Below are positions 45,673-54,887 of a stretch of DNA of 64,000 nucleotides, piece by piece. Below the pieces are notes generated by a model. The model was not told where the DNA came from. It made no database searches and saw nothing but the letters and a program-made list of their open reading frames with translations. The translations under genes and the position numbers were made by a program. Position 1 is the stretch's first letter. The number at the start of each line of letters is the position of its first letter. The stretch comes from an uncultured Acidobacteriota bacterium. Lineage in GTDB: Bacteria; Acidobacteriota; Vicinamibacteria; Vicinamibacterales; UBA8438. The DNA lies in NCBI GenBank assembly GCA_913043225.1, contig CAJWLU010000005.1:64001-128000 (forward strand), given 5' to 3'.

Positions 45673-47646
45673 ATGTCCGCCATACGTCGGCCGCGACCGT
45701 CGGCTCACCCTCTCGAACCCGTCCCGCCCTCGAGTTGGCCGCTCGCCGTGCTTCTCGCCGCGTCGCTAGGGTTGGGACTCGCAGCGTTCACCAACTTCGA
45801 TCCATCGACGTCCGAGGACCAGGTGACGGGTCGGCCAATTGCCAGACCCGACAACGGGTATGTCTCGTCGGACACCTGCCAGTCGTGCCATCCCGGCGAG
45901 TACGCGAGCTGGCACGGCTCGTTCCACAGGACCATGACTCAAGTGGCCAGCGAGACGTCGGTGCACGCCGACTTCGCCGGCGTTGAGGTGACCAACACCC
46001 ACGGCCGGCCGATGCAACTAGAGAGGGTTGGCGACGAGTTCTGGGCCGAGTTCGACGATCCTGGGTGGGAGGGCCCTGACGCCGACCGTCCGCGGATCCG
46101 TCGACAGGTCGTGCTGGTGACGGGCTCGCATCACCAGAACATCTACTGGTATGCGACTGAACATGAACGCGGGCTGAACGTGCTCCCGTCGGTCTATCTG
46201 ATCAAGGAGGCGCGCTGGGCATCACGAAGCGCGGTGGTCCTCCATCCGCCGAACCAATCGCTCGCCATGCTTGATGGCCACTGGAACGCCATCTGCATCG
46301 CCTGCCACACGACCCAGGGAAAGACGGCCTTCAGCACCCCATTCCGATCCGAGGCATTCCGCGACCAGACGATCGACACTACAGTGGCCGAGTTCGGCAT
46401 CGCCTGTGAATCCTGCCACGGTCCGGCGGAAGAACACATCCAGGCCCATCGAAACCCCGTGCAGCGGTATCGGCAACGGCTCACCGACGCGCCGGACCCC
46501 ACCATCGTCCAGCCGACACGGCTCGATCCCCAGCGCTCGTCGCAGGTGTGCGGTCAGTGCCACAGCGTCTGGGAGTTCTACGACCTTGAGGGAGAGCGCC
46601 TCGCCAACGAGCACGGACTGCCCTACCGGCCTGGAGACGAGCTACGTGACACACGCTTCGTGGCGCAGCCTTCGGTCGACCGATCTTCAGACGCGATCCG
46701 CACCCTCGCAGCGACCGATCCCGAATTCCTACGCGGGTCTTTCTGGCCGGACGGCACCATCCGAGTGTCGGGTCGCGAGTACAACGGACTCCTCGACTCG
46801 CCCTGTTTCCGCGACGCCTCGACTCCTGAGCGGACGCTCAGCTGCTTCTCCTGTCACGCGATGCACAAGCCCGACAACGACCCTCGGTCGGTGGTCAACT
46901 GGGCGGACACCCATCAGATGGCCACCGGCATGGAGAGCAACGAAGCGTGTCTGCAATGCCACGAGCCGATTCGCGCCAACGAACAGGCCCACACGCGCCA
47001 CGCGGCCGGGTCGAGCGGAAGCAGCTGCTACAACTGCCACATGCCGTACACGAGCTACGGCCTTCTGAAAACGGTGCGCAGCCATACCATCTCCAGCCCA
47101 TCGGTGACGGAGTCGGTCAGGCTGAGCCGTCCCAACGCCTGCAACCTCTGCCATCTCGACCAAACCCTGGGATGGACAGCGGAACAACTCGAGGCCTGGT
47201 ATGACATCTCCTCGCCCCCGTTAAGCGAAGACCAGCGATCAGTGGCCGCGTCACTGGTCTGGCTCCTTGAGGGTGACGCTGGCCTACGAGCCATCACGGC
47301 CCAGGCCATGGGCTGGACGCCGGCGCAGGCGGTGTCTGGCACCAGCTGGATGGTGCCGCATCTGGGGGAAGCCCTCGGTGATGACTACGACGCGGTCCGT
47401 TTCATCGCCGCTCGTGCGCTCCGAAGCATTCCGGAAGCCCCGTCGCTGACCTACGACTTCGATGGGCCTCGGGAGGTACGTGTCGCCGCCGCCATCTCGT
47501 TCCTGCGCGCCTGGCGCGGCACCCTGGCCCGCACAGCACGACGCGCCCCGGAGCTGCTAATCGACGCGGACGGAGAACTTCGGCTGGACGTCATGCGCAG
47601 GCTGGCGGCGCGTGGCGATCGACGGCCGCTCTTTCTCCGGGAGTAG
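45673..47646 (+). CDS. Octaheme c-type cytochrome with N-terminal membrane anchor and C-terminal HEAT-like helices
   Basis: Eight CxxCH motifs: CQSCH, CIACH, CESCH, CGQCH, CFSCH, CLQCH, CYNCH, CNLCH. c554-like YVSSDTCQSCH..Y.SW.GS.H start; LGDDYDAVRFIAARAL. Confidence 0.9.
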   Translation: MSAIRRPRPSAHPLEPVPPSSWPLAVLLAASLGLGLAAFTNFDPSTSEDQVTGRPIARPDNGYVSSDTCQSCHPGEYASWHGSFHRTMTQVASETSVHADFAGVEVTNTHGRPMQLERVGDEFWAEFDDPGWEGPDADRPRIRRQVVLVTGSHHQNIYWYATEHERGLNVLPSVYLIKEARWASRSAVVLHPPNQSLAMLDGHWNAICIACHTTQGKTAFSTPFRSEAFRDQTIDTTVAEFGIACESCHGPAEEHIQAHRNPVQRYRQRLTDAPDPTIVQPTRLDPQRSSQVCGQCHSVWEFYDLEGERLANEHGLPYRPGDELRDTRFVAQPSVDRSSDAIRTLAATDPEFLRGSFWPDGTIRVSGREYNGLLDSPCFRDASTPERTLSCFSCHAMHKPDNDPRSVVNWADTHQMATGMESNEACLQCHEPIRANEQAHTRHAAGSSGSSCYNCHMPYTSYGLLKTVRSHTISSPSVTESVRLSRPNACNLCHLDQTLGWTAEQLEAWYDISSPPLSEDQRSVAASLVWLLEGDAGLRAITAQAMGWTPAQAVSGTSWMVPHLGEALGDDYDAVRFIAARALRSIPEAPSLTYDFDGPREVRVAAAISFLRAWRGTLARTARRAPELLIDADGELRLDVMRRLAARGDRRPLFLRE

Positions 47647-47652
47647 AGACAC

Positions 47653-48066
47653 GTGGCCGACCGCTACTTTCGCCGGCATCTCCACCTCGGCTGGTGGACC
47701 TTACTCGCCGCCGTCGCGCTGGGGCTGGGACTCGCGCTGCTGCGGCTCTTCGATGTGGAGACGTATCAGCACCCCGCCCACGAGACGCGGAGACTGATGT
47801 GGACGCTAGCTCATGTCCACGGAGCGGTCCTGGGGCTGCTCCACATTCTGTTCGGCGTGAGCTTAACCCTCGCACCGTCGCTGGCACCGCCATCGCTCCG
47901 CCTGCCGTCTCGAGCCCTCACGGCCGCCGGCCTGCTGTTGCCAGTCGGATTCTTCTTGGGCGGGGTGTCAACCTACGCGGGAGATCCTGGGCTTGGAATC
48001 GTTGGTGTGCCGGTGGGGGCCGTGTGCCTGTTGGTGGCGGTCGTCGCCACCGCTCGCGGCCAGTAG
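47653..48066 (+). CDS. 4-TM membrane protein with HxH motif (paralog B)
   Basis: GTG 6 nt after the cytochrome stop; H..LGWW, RRLMWTLAHVHGAVLG..H, LLPVGFFLGG. Confidence 0.8.
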   Translation: MADRYFRRHLHLGWWTLLAAVALGLGLALLRLFDVETYQHPAHETRRLMWTLAHVHGAVLGLLHILFGVSLTLAPSLAPPSLRLPSRALTAAGLLLPVGFFLGGVSTYAGDPGLGIVGVPVGAVCLLVAVVATARGQ

Positions 48067-48106
48067 CGGAGGCCGTTCGCGCGGCCTCTACCCTCTAGAC
48101 CCAGGA

Positions 48107-49075
48107 CTATTCCGTGACCGTGATGTCCAGATCTACCGTCGAGATCAGCATTGCATCGCTACCAAAAGCACGCAGTCGGTAACTACCCGGCTCGTTGAAC
48201 GTCACCGTCGTCTCGAAGGTGCCTGACGTCCATCCGTCGCCCGGCATCCCCTCTTCCCACTCCTGATAATCGTCGGGAGCGATCTTCCCGCCGTCGGGAC
48301 CACGGAACACGACCCACAGCAGGGACAGATGGTTTCGCGTCGGTGACGGTCGCTGATACTGACGGACATTGTCGGGGATCTCCGGCGCGTCCTCAGGCGG
48401 CGTCAGCGCCGGGTACTGGCGAAGCGGACTGCGGGAGCGCTCGGGAAGCTCCGAAGGTAGCTCGTCATCTTGCACCCGGGCGATCAACGTCACCGGCTGT
48501 CCGACCGAAACCGTGGTGGCCGAAGCCTCTACCGCGATCCGGGGCGGCTGATTACCAAACAATTCGTCGGCGCCCCGCCCGAACCCTGTGCGTCCGTTCG
48601 ACGTGATGGTGCTGACGTCGATCTCCCACTCGGGCTGCAGCCACCCGATCGCGGTCTGAGCGCTGTTCTGCTGGGTCACGGTCCAGACGAGCTGACCGTC
48701 GAGTGGAAAATCGACCGGCACGTTGACTTCGAACTGATAGCGATGAGTCCGCGGGTAGAAGTAGGTAGGCTGCCCGCGATCTTGCTCACCGGGTAAAAAG
48801 AAGTTGTTCTGGCCCACGGGAACGTGTGGGCGCTCGGCGTAGTTCCGGTTCAGATAGCCGAACAGAAAGCGGTAGCTCCCATCGTCGTTTCGCAACCACC
48901 CCTCGAAGATGGGCTGGATGTCCTGCCCGCGTTCGAAGCGCTGCTGAGGCTGGAGAACAACGGGTACGTCCCGAGGGTTGACCTGCGCCAAGACGCCATT
49001 GGCGACACTCAAGGCCAGGATGGCCACGAATCCGCCAACCACGATCCCTCTCCACCGCATGCGTTCCGACTTCAT
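48107..49075 (-). CDS. Secreted hypothetical protein with C-terminal Ig/PKD-like domain
   Basis: Signal peptide; GQDIQPIFEGW..N.DGS...FGYLNRN, GQPTYFYP, NQPP, FNEPGSYRLRA. Confidence 0.75.
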   Translation of the reverse strand: MKSERMRWRGIVVGGFVAILALSVANGVLAQVNPRDVPVVLQPQQRFERGQDIQPIFEGWLRNDDGSYRFLFGYLNRNYAERPHVPVGQNNFFLPGEQDRGQPTYFYPRTHRYQFEVNVPVDFPLDGQLVWTVTQQNSAQTAIGWLQPEWEIDVSTITSNGRTGFGRGADELFGNQPPRIAVEASATTVSVGQPVTLIARVQDDELPSELPERSRSPLRQYPALTPPEDAPEIPDNVRQYQRPSPTRNHLSLLWVVFRGPDGGKIAPDDYQEWEEGMPGDGWTSGTFETTVTFNEPGSYRLRAFGSDAMLISTVDLDITVTE

Positions 49076-49133
49076 GGTCACCTTCCGTCTTATCTTCCCC
49101 GAGTGGTCGAGGCCAGCGGAGCCGACGCTCAAG

Positions 49134-49168
49134 AAAAACCCCCTGCTGGGCCGAAGCTCCGCAGGGGG
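49134..49168 (-). terminator. Rho-independent terminator with cUUCGg loop
   Basis: Minus strand CCCCCTGCGGAGCTTCGGCCCAGCAGGGGG followed by TTTTT, about 30 nt after the stop at 49201. Confidence 0.8.
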
Positions 49169-49200
49169 CCGTCGTTCATCTGCGCCGACGAGTGGACCGT

Positions 49201-50472
49201 CTACTCGTCGTCGGTGCGCTCTTTCCGCGCTTCGATCTCAGCGGCGTACTCCTCTTCGTTCATGTCGTGCCAGCTAAGCCAGGCAAATGCCATCTCATCG
49301 ATGGTGCGGCTGCCGCCTCCGGTCCAGTTAGTGGCGTCTGGGTTACCGCGGTTGCCTTCGGTATTGTCGTGATAGGTGATCACGTGAAACGTCGTGCCGG
49401 CCGGGTAGACCGGGGCCGCATCGTCCTCATAGTTGTAGACAATGTGCCAGTTAAAATCGAAGTTCGCACAGCTGACCATCTCGGTTGAGCCGTTCGGATA
49501 GATAAGCTCAAGGCACTGGCGGCTACCAAGGAAGTGCATGTGCGGTTGGAAGGCAGTTAGCTTTCCAGGTAGATACATCTTCTGGTAGCCGTCATGCCGG
49601 GTGACCTGGCCTGCCGGGATGTCGAGCTCGCCAGCCTGTGCGAGCTGACGCGAGTAGAGGACCTTATCCGGCTCCTCCCCCTCGGGGTAGAGCACCAGCC
49701 CAAGCTCGGTCTGGTCGGTCACTTCCTCGCCCACCGAGTGGTAGTGGAAGCTGAACCGCACCCGCGCATCGGCCGGGAACAGCCGCCCGGTATCGTCCGG
49801 ATAGACGTCGGCATTCTTGCCAACGGCGTACTCGTTCAAGAACGCGTCATTCGAGCTGTCGCTCAGCGGCGCGTCCGGATCGGTTACGGCGTAGGTCAGC
49901 GCATGATGGACAACACGAAGATCGCCGGCCTTAGTCTGAATCGCCTTGATATAGCGGTCGTCCGGGATATTGGCTGGCACGATGTAGTCGCCCCACCAGT
50001 CGCCCGCCTCGGCCGGCACGGTGTGCGGTGTCGACCTCACGATCACGTCCGGCTCCATCGTCCAAGCGCCGAACTCCTGAAACTCGACCGGCGCCGGAGC
50101 ATCGGCCGGGTTGCCTCGCGGGGCGCCGTTGTCGACCCAGCGCGAGATCGTTGCGATCTGGTCATCGCTCAACGACGGGTCGTCCTTGAATCTCTGCACG
50201 CCGACCTTCGGGTCGATGTGCCAGGGCGGCATCTCTCGGACTTCAACCTTATTCCTGATCGAGCGCGCCCAGGGCCGCGTCTCCTGGTAGCTCATCAGCG
50301 ACATCGGCGCCATGTTGTTGGGCCGGTGACACACCTGGCACGACCGCTGGAGGATCGGCTCGATGTCCTTGTGGAACGTGGGGTTCTCAGGAACCTCAGC
50401 CGCCGACGGCGACGGCACCATGACGAGCGCCGCCGCAACCAGCAGCAGCACACCGAGCGTGTGGCGTTTCAT
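49201..50472 (-). CDS. Exported cytochrome c fused to a copper type II (PHM/DBH-like) monooxygenase domain
   Basis: GAGG RBS; signal peptide; CQVCH..MPPW heme domain; VVHHA, FHYH, PHMH, FDFNW..Y, DEM. Confidence 0.8.
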   Translation of the reverse strand: MKRHTLGVLLLVAAALVMVPSPSAAEVPENPTFHKDIEPILQRSCQVCHRPNNMAPMSLMSYQETRPWARSIRNKVEVREMPPWHIDPKVGVQRFKDDPSLSDDQIATISRWVDNGAPRGNPADAPAPVEFQEFGAWTMEPDVIVRSTPHTVPAEAGDWWGDYIVPANIPDDRYIKAIQTKAGDLRVVHHALTYAVTDPDAPLSDSSNDAFLNEYAVGKNADVYPDDTGRLFPADARVRFSFHYHSVGEEVTDQTELGLVLYPEGEEPDKVLYSRQLAQAGELDIPAGQVTRHDGYQKMYLPGKLTAFQPHMHFLGSRQCLELIYPNGSTEMVSCANFDFNWHIVYNYEDDAAPVYPAGTTFHVITYHDNTEGNRGNPDATNWTGGGSRTIDEMAFAWLSWHDMNEEEYAAEIEARKERTDDE

Positions 50473-50672
50473 GACCTCTATCCTCAGGGTTTTCCGGATA
50501 AGCGATCGTGCTGAGCGCACTCCGTAGCGCTCGTAGTTTAGCGGCTCACCTGCAGATTGTCTATCTTTCGTAACAGTTGCCACCGCCCAGAATCAGTCCC
50601 GGCGGTTGTGCTACGATCCGCGCCTCGGCGGACAGTCCGGTCCGCCCATCTGTCAGACACGAGTCGTCCCGC

Positions 50673-51827
50673 ATGATCGTCGGAGTCCCCACCGAGACCT
50701 TTCCCGGAGAGCGCCGTGTGGCCCTTGTGCCCACGGTCGTCCCGAGCCTGACGAACGCCGGCTTGAACGTCCTGATCGAGTCAGGCGCTGGCGTCGCAGC
50801 CGGCTTCACCGACGAGGCCTTCGCCGAGAAGGGCGCTGAGCTCGTCAACCGCGAGACGCTGTTCACGCGGGCCGAGGCGATGCTGCAGGTGCGCGCCCTG
50901 GGCGCCAACCTGAAGGCGGGATATGCGGACCTCGAGCGTCTGCGCCCTGGCCAGTCCGTCTTCGGCTTTTCAGAACCGCTAGGCGAACCACAGGCCGCTC
51001 AAGAACTCGCCGAGCGTGGCGTGACGGCGTTCTCGATGGAGCTCATTCCCCGGATCACGCGCGCGCAGAGCATGGATGCGCTGTCGTCTATGGCCACCAT
51101 CGGCGGTTACAAGGCGGTGCTTCTGGCCGCGGCGACCCTGCCACGCATGTTCCCGATGATGATGACCGCCGCCGGCACCATTACCCCGGCGCGCGTGTTC
51201 GTCGTCGGCGCAGGCGTGGCGGGCCTCCAGGCCATCGCTAGCGCCCGCCGCCTTGGCGCGAAGGTTGAGGCCTATGATGTACGTCCGGCGGTGCGTGAGC
51301 AGGTGGAGAGCCTGGGTGCGACCTTTGTCGACCTTCCGCTGGACACCGACGGTTCCGAGGACAAGGGGGGCTACGCCAAGGCGCAGGACGAAGCGTTCTA
51401 CGAGCGGCAGCGCGCGATGATGGCCCGCGTGGTGGCCGGGAGCGACGTCGTCATCACCACCGCCCTCATCCCTGGACGTCCAGCGCCGGTGCTAATCACC
51501 GACGAGATGGTCGCCGGCATGGCGCCGGGCGGCGTGATCGTCGATCTGGCCGCTGAACGGGGCGGCAACGTGGAACCGTCAAAGCCGGACGAAACCGTCG
51601 ACGCACACGGCATCAGCGTGCTAGGCCCGACGAACCTCCCGGCCACGGTGCCTTATCACGCCAGTCAGATGTACGCCAAGAACCTGTCCACGCTGCTCCT
51701 TCACCTGGTCAAGGAGGGCGCTCTGACGCTCGACCTCGAGGACGAAATCACCAGCGGCACGCTGGTGTCGCACGACGGCAAAGTGGTGCACCCGAGGGTA
51801 CGTGAGCTGCTGAATTCTCAGGAGTAA
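50673..51827 (+). CDS. pntAA: NAD(P) transhydrogenase subunit alpha part 1
   Basis: GERRVALVP, PRITRAQSMDALSS, MMTAAGT, GAGVAGLQA, GGYAK, TTALIPGRPAP, DLAAERGGN. Confidence 0.96.
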   Translation: MIVGVPTETFPGERRVALVPTVVPSLTNAGLNVLIESGAGVAAGFTDEAFAEKGAELVNRETLFTRAEAMLQVRALGANLKAGYADLERLRPGQSVFGFSEPLGEPQAAQELAERGVTAFSMELIPRITRAQSMDALSSMATIGGYKAVLLAAATLPRMFPMMMTAAGTITPARVFVVGAGVAGLQAIASARRLGAKVEAYDVRPAVREQVESLGATFVDLPLDTDGSEDKGGYAKAQDEAFYERQRAMMARVVAGSDVVITTALIPGRPAPVLITDEMVAGMAPGGVIVDLAAERGGNVEPSKPDETVDAHGISVLGPTNLPATVPYHASQMYAKNLSTLLLHLVKEGALTLDLEDEITSGTLVSHDGKVVHPRVRELLNSQE

Positions 51828-51835
51828 GCATCGCA

Positions 51836-52114
<279 letters not shown>

Positions 52115-52116
52115 GC

Positions 52117-53514
52117 GTGACCGACACCCTGATCGACCTAACGTATCTGGTCGCCTCGGTCCTCTTCATCCTTGGGATCAAGGGTCTGACCCACCCGCGG
52201 ACCGCGGTGCGCGGCAATCTGCTCGGCGCCAGCGGCATGCTGTTGGCAGTGGTAGCTACCCTTGTCACGAAGGAGGTACTCGGCTCTGGAACCCAGGGAC
52301 TGGGGATGATCGTAGCTGGCGTTGTCCTCGGTGGGACCATTGGCGCAACGCTGGCGCTCCGCATCCAGATGACAGCGATGCCCGAGATGGTGGCGCTGCT
52401 CAACGCCTTCGGTGGCGCCGCCTCGGCGCTCGTGGCAGGCGCGGTGCTCGCCGCATCAAGTGCCCCGTCGACCCAGACGAGCGTGGCGACCGTGGCCTCT
52501 GGCATTATCGGCTCGGTCACATTCTTCGGCAGTCTGGTCGCCTTCGACAAGCTCCGGGGACTGATGCTGCCAGACAAGCCGGTGCTCTTCCCGGGCCAGC
52601 AACCGCTGAACGTGCTGCTGGGTCTCACCTCGCTCGGTCTCGGCGTCTGGGTAGTGAACGAGCCGTCCGCGCTGATGTCTTATGGCCTGCTTGTCGCCGT
52701 GGGCTCGCTTCTGGGCATACTGCTGACCATTCCGATTGGCGGCGCGGACATGCCGGTCGCCATCGCACTGCTCAACTCATACTCCGGGCTAGCGGCCGCC
52801 TCCACTGGATTCGTCCTCAACAACGAGATCCTGATCATCACTGGCTCGCTCGTGGGCGCCTCTGGACTGATCCTGACCAGGATCATGTGTAAGGCAATGA
52901 ACCGGTCGCTGATGAACGTGCTCCTGGGCGCCATCGGCGAGGAAAACACCAGCGTCCAGGACGCCGACGAAGTGTACGCCGGCAAGGTCAAGAGCGCGTC
53001 TGCCGAGGAAGTAGCGATGCTGCTCGACGGCGCCCGACGGGTGGTCGTCGTTCCCGGTTACGGCATGGCCGTGGCCCAGGCGCAGCATCAGGTTCGCGAT
53101 CTCGCCAACCTGCTCGAGGGCAACGGGACCGAAGTGGAGTACGCGATTCACCCGGTCGCCGGCCGGATGCCTGGCCACATGAACGTACTGCTCGCCGAGG
53201 CCGATGTCGACTACGACAAGCTGCGCGAAATGGACAGTATCAACCCGTCCTTCGAGCAGACCGACGTGTCCCTAATCATTGGCGCCAACGACATCGTCAA
53301 TCCCGTGGCCCGCACCGACCCGTCGAGCCCAATCGCCGGGATGCCCATCCTCGACGTGGATAAGTCCAGGACGGTCGTGGTCATCAAGCGCAGCCTGTCA
53401 CCAGGATTCGCTGGCATCCCGAACCCGCTATTCGCCGCCGACAACACCCTCATGCTTTTCGGCGACGGCAAACAGGCCGTCCTGGATCTCATCGCGGCAG
53501 TCAAGGACACCTAG
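52117..53514 (+). CDS. pntB: NAD(P) transhydrogenase subunit beta
   Basis: MTAMPEMVA, PIGGADMPV..LLNSYSG, MCKAMNRS, VPGYGMAVAQAQH, HPVAGRMPGHMNVLLAEA, GANDIVNP. Confidence 0.97.
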   Translation: MTDTLIDLTYLVASVLFILGIKGLTHPRTAVRGNLLGASGMLLAVVATLVTKEVLGSGTQGLGMIVAGVVLGGTIGATLALRIQMTAMPEMVALLNAFGGAASALVAGAVLAASSAPSTQTSVATVASGIIGSVTFFGSLVAFDKLRGLMLPDKPVLFPGQQPLNVLLGLTSLGLGVWVVNEPSALMSYGLLVAVGSLLGILLTIPIGGADMPVAIALLNSYSGLAAASTGFVLNNEILIITGSLVGASGLILTRIMCKAMNRSLMNVLLGAIGEENTSVQDADEVYAGKVKSASAEEVAMLLDGARRVVVVPGYGMAVAQAQHQVRDLANLLEGNGTEVEYAIHPVAGRMPGHMNVLLAEADVDYDKLREMDSINPSFEQTDVSLIIGANDIVNPVARTDPSSPIAGMPILDVDKSRTVVVIKRSLSPGFAGIPNPLFAADNTLMLFGDGKQAVLDLIAAVKDT

Positions 53515-53621
53515 CCAGCGCCTGACCCGCGAGCTGTCGGAGCGCGACGGCGTCATGCTTTCGAGAACAGCCCGACTCGCCTCGCCGATGGCGGAACCAG
53601 TGGTTCCAGATCCCGGAAAAC

Positions 53622-54596
53622 CTATCCCCGCCAGGTGCCGGCGCGGCGGTGCGTCACTTCGACGAACTGATCGCCGACCCGAAGCCACCAGGCACCAAGC
53701 CGCCTGAACGCAGTCCGAAACGCCGAACGATCCAGCTTCTCCAGGAAGCGGGCGAGCCGCCCGGGCTCCACCGTACACAACTCCTGGCGCCAGGCCCCGG
53801 CCAACTTGCCTTCGGCCTCGGCGAGGGTCTCGGACGGAATCGAGTCGATGACCTCTAGAGCGTAGTCCGGGAAGCCGTAGAACCGCGCCAGCGCCGCTAG
53901 CCGCAGGCGACGGGTCGGCGTGCCCACGGTCTCGACCTCGCGCAGATACACGGCCTGGCCCCAGAGCAGCTGCCCCCGGGTCGGCTGCTCCAACTCGAAC
54001 GCAGCGCGACGGCCTCGGTAGGTCGCAAGGTCGAACAGCTGAAACCCCCGCGCACGGAGATGGTCGTCGATGGCACTAAACAACGGCTGCCCCTGATACA
54101 TCGGGGCGAACTCAACCTCGACCTGGACTGCCAACACGGACCGCCGGACCGTTTCGTCAGCCCCCTCCAGGATCTCGAGCTCGCTCCCCTGGGTGTCCAG
54201 TTTCAGTACGTCGACCTGCTCGATCTCCTCGACCACCAGATGCTCGTCGAGCGTGACGGTCTCGACGTCTCGCTGACCAACGACCTGGAACAAGGCTCCG
54301 CACTGCCGGAAACGTTCCAGCAATGCGAGATTCGGCGCCAGGAGCGATGAACAGGCTGGGCTACGGGTGACATGGAGGCGGCGACGACCGCGCTGCCCGC
54401 CCAGCGCCAGGGGATAGTAACGGCGCCGCTTTTTCCGCTTCGCCACCAGGCGGGCGCACTCCTCTTCGTCGGGCTCGAAGCCGATGTACTCCGCAGTCCG
54501 AAACACCCGCTGAAAGAGGTTTGCCACACCACGCGCCCCGCAATCCACGTAGACGAGTGGACCGCCTGGTGGCGCCGGGTGAAGGATCTTCGTCAC
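53622..54596 (-). CDS. FkbM family methyltransferase
   Basis: AGGAG RBS before GTG 54596; VDCGARG, GFEPD, SSLL.PN, VTLD, LKLDTQGSELEILEGA, VEVEF..MYQGQPLF. Confidence 0.88.
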   Translation of the reverse strand: MTKILHPAPPGGPLVYVDCGARGVANLFQRVFRTAEYIGFEPDEEECARLVAKRKKRRRYYPLALGGQRGRRRLHVTRSPACSSLLAPNLALLERFRQCGALFQVVGQRDVETVTLDEHLVVEEIEQVDVLKLDTQGSELEILEGADETVRRSVLAVQVEVEFAPMYQGQPLFSAIDDHLRARGFQLFDLATYRGRRAAFELEQPTRGQLLWGQAVYLREVETVGTPTRRLRLAALARFYGFPDYALEVIDSIPSETLAEAEGKLAGAWRQELCTVEPGRLARFLEKLDRSAFRTAFRRLGAWWLRVGDQFVEVTHRRAGTWRG

Positions 54597-54704
54597 GACT
54601 TGACTCCTAGCAGCGTCTACCGACGCCAAATGATCATTTTGTGTCTTGGTATACTCGAAAGACTTCCCGCCGCGAGCGCACCAGGCATGTCCAAATGCAG
54701 ACCT

Positions 54705-54887
54705 ATGAAAGGCCAACTGAATTCGGCCCCGGTCGCAGCCGCTTCTAAGCCAATCTCCCCGCAGCCATCGGAGTACCTCGTCAGCCCAGTCTACGACTAC
54801 GCCTTCTTCCGGCTGCCTCCGACCACAGCTCTCTACCTGGGCATTCTCGTCTCCGACGGCGGTTTCGCCAAGAGCGACCAAACGTGA
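54705..54887 (+). pseudogene. Possible truncated membrane-protein remnant or small ORF
   Basis: 60-aa ORF (..YLVSPVYDYAFFRLPPTTALYLGILVSD..) ending in a GTGA/ATG overlap with the next gene; resembles the start of a larger membrane protein. Confidence 0.3.

Noticed and set aside
45673..47646. Calling the octaheme NrfA, ONR or HAO
   Set aside because: No CxxCK motif and no recognisable catalytic signatures; left as an unassigned octaheme cytochrome.
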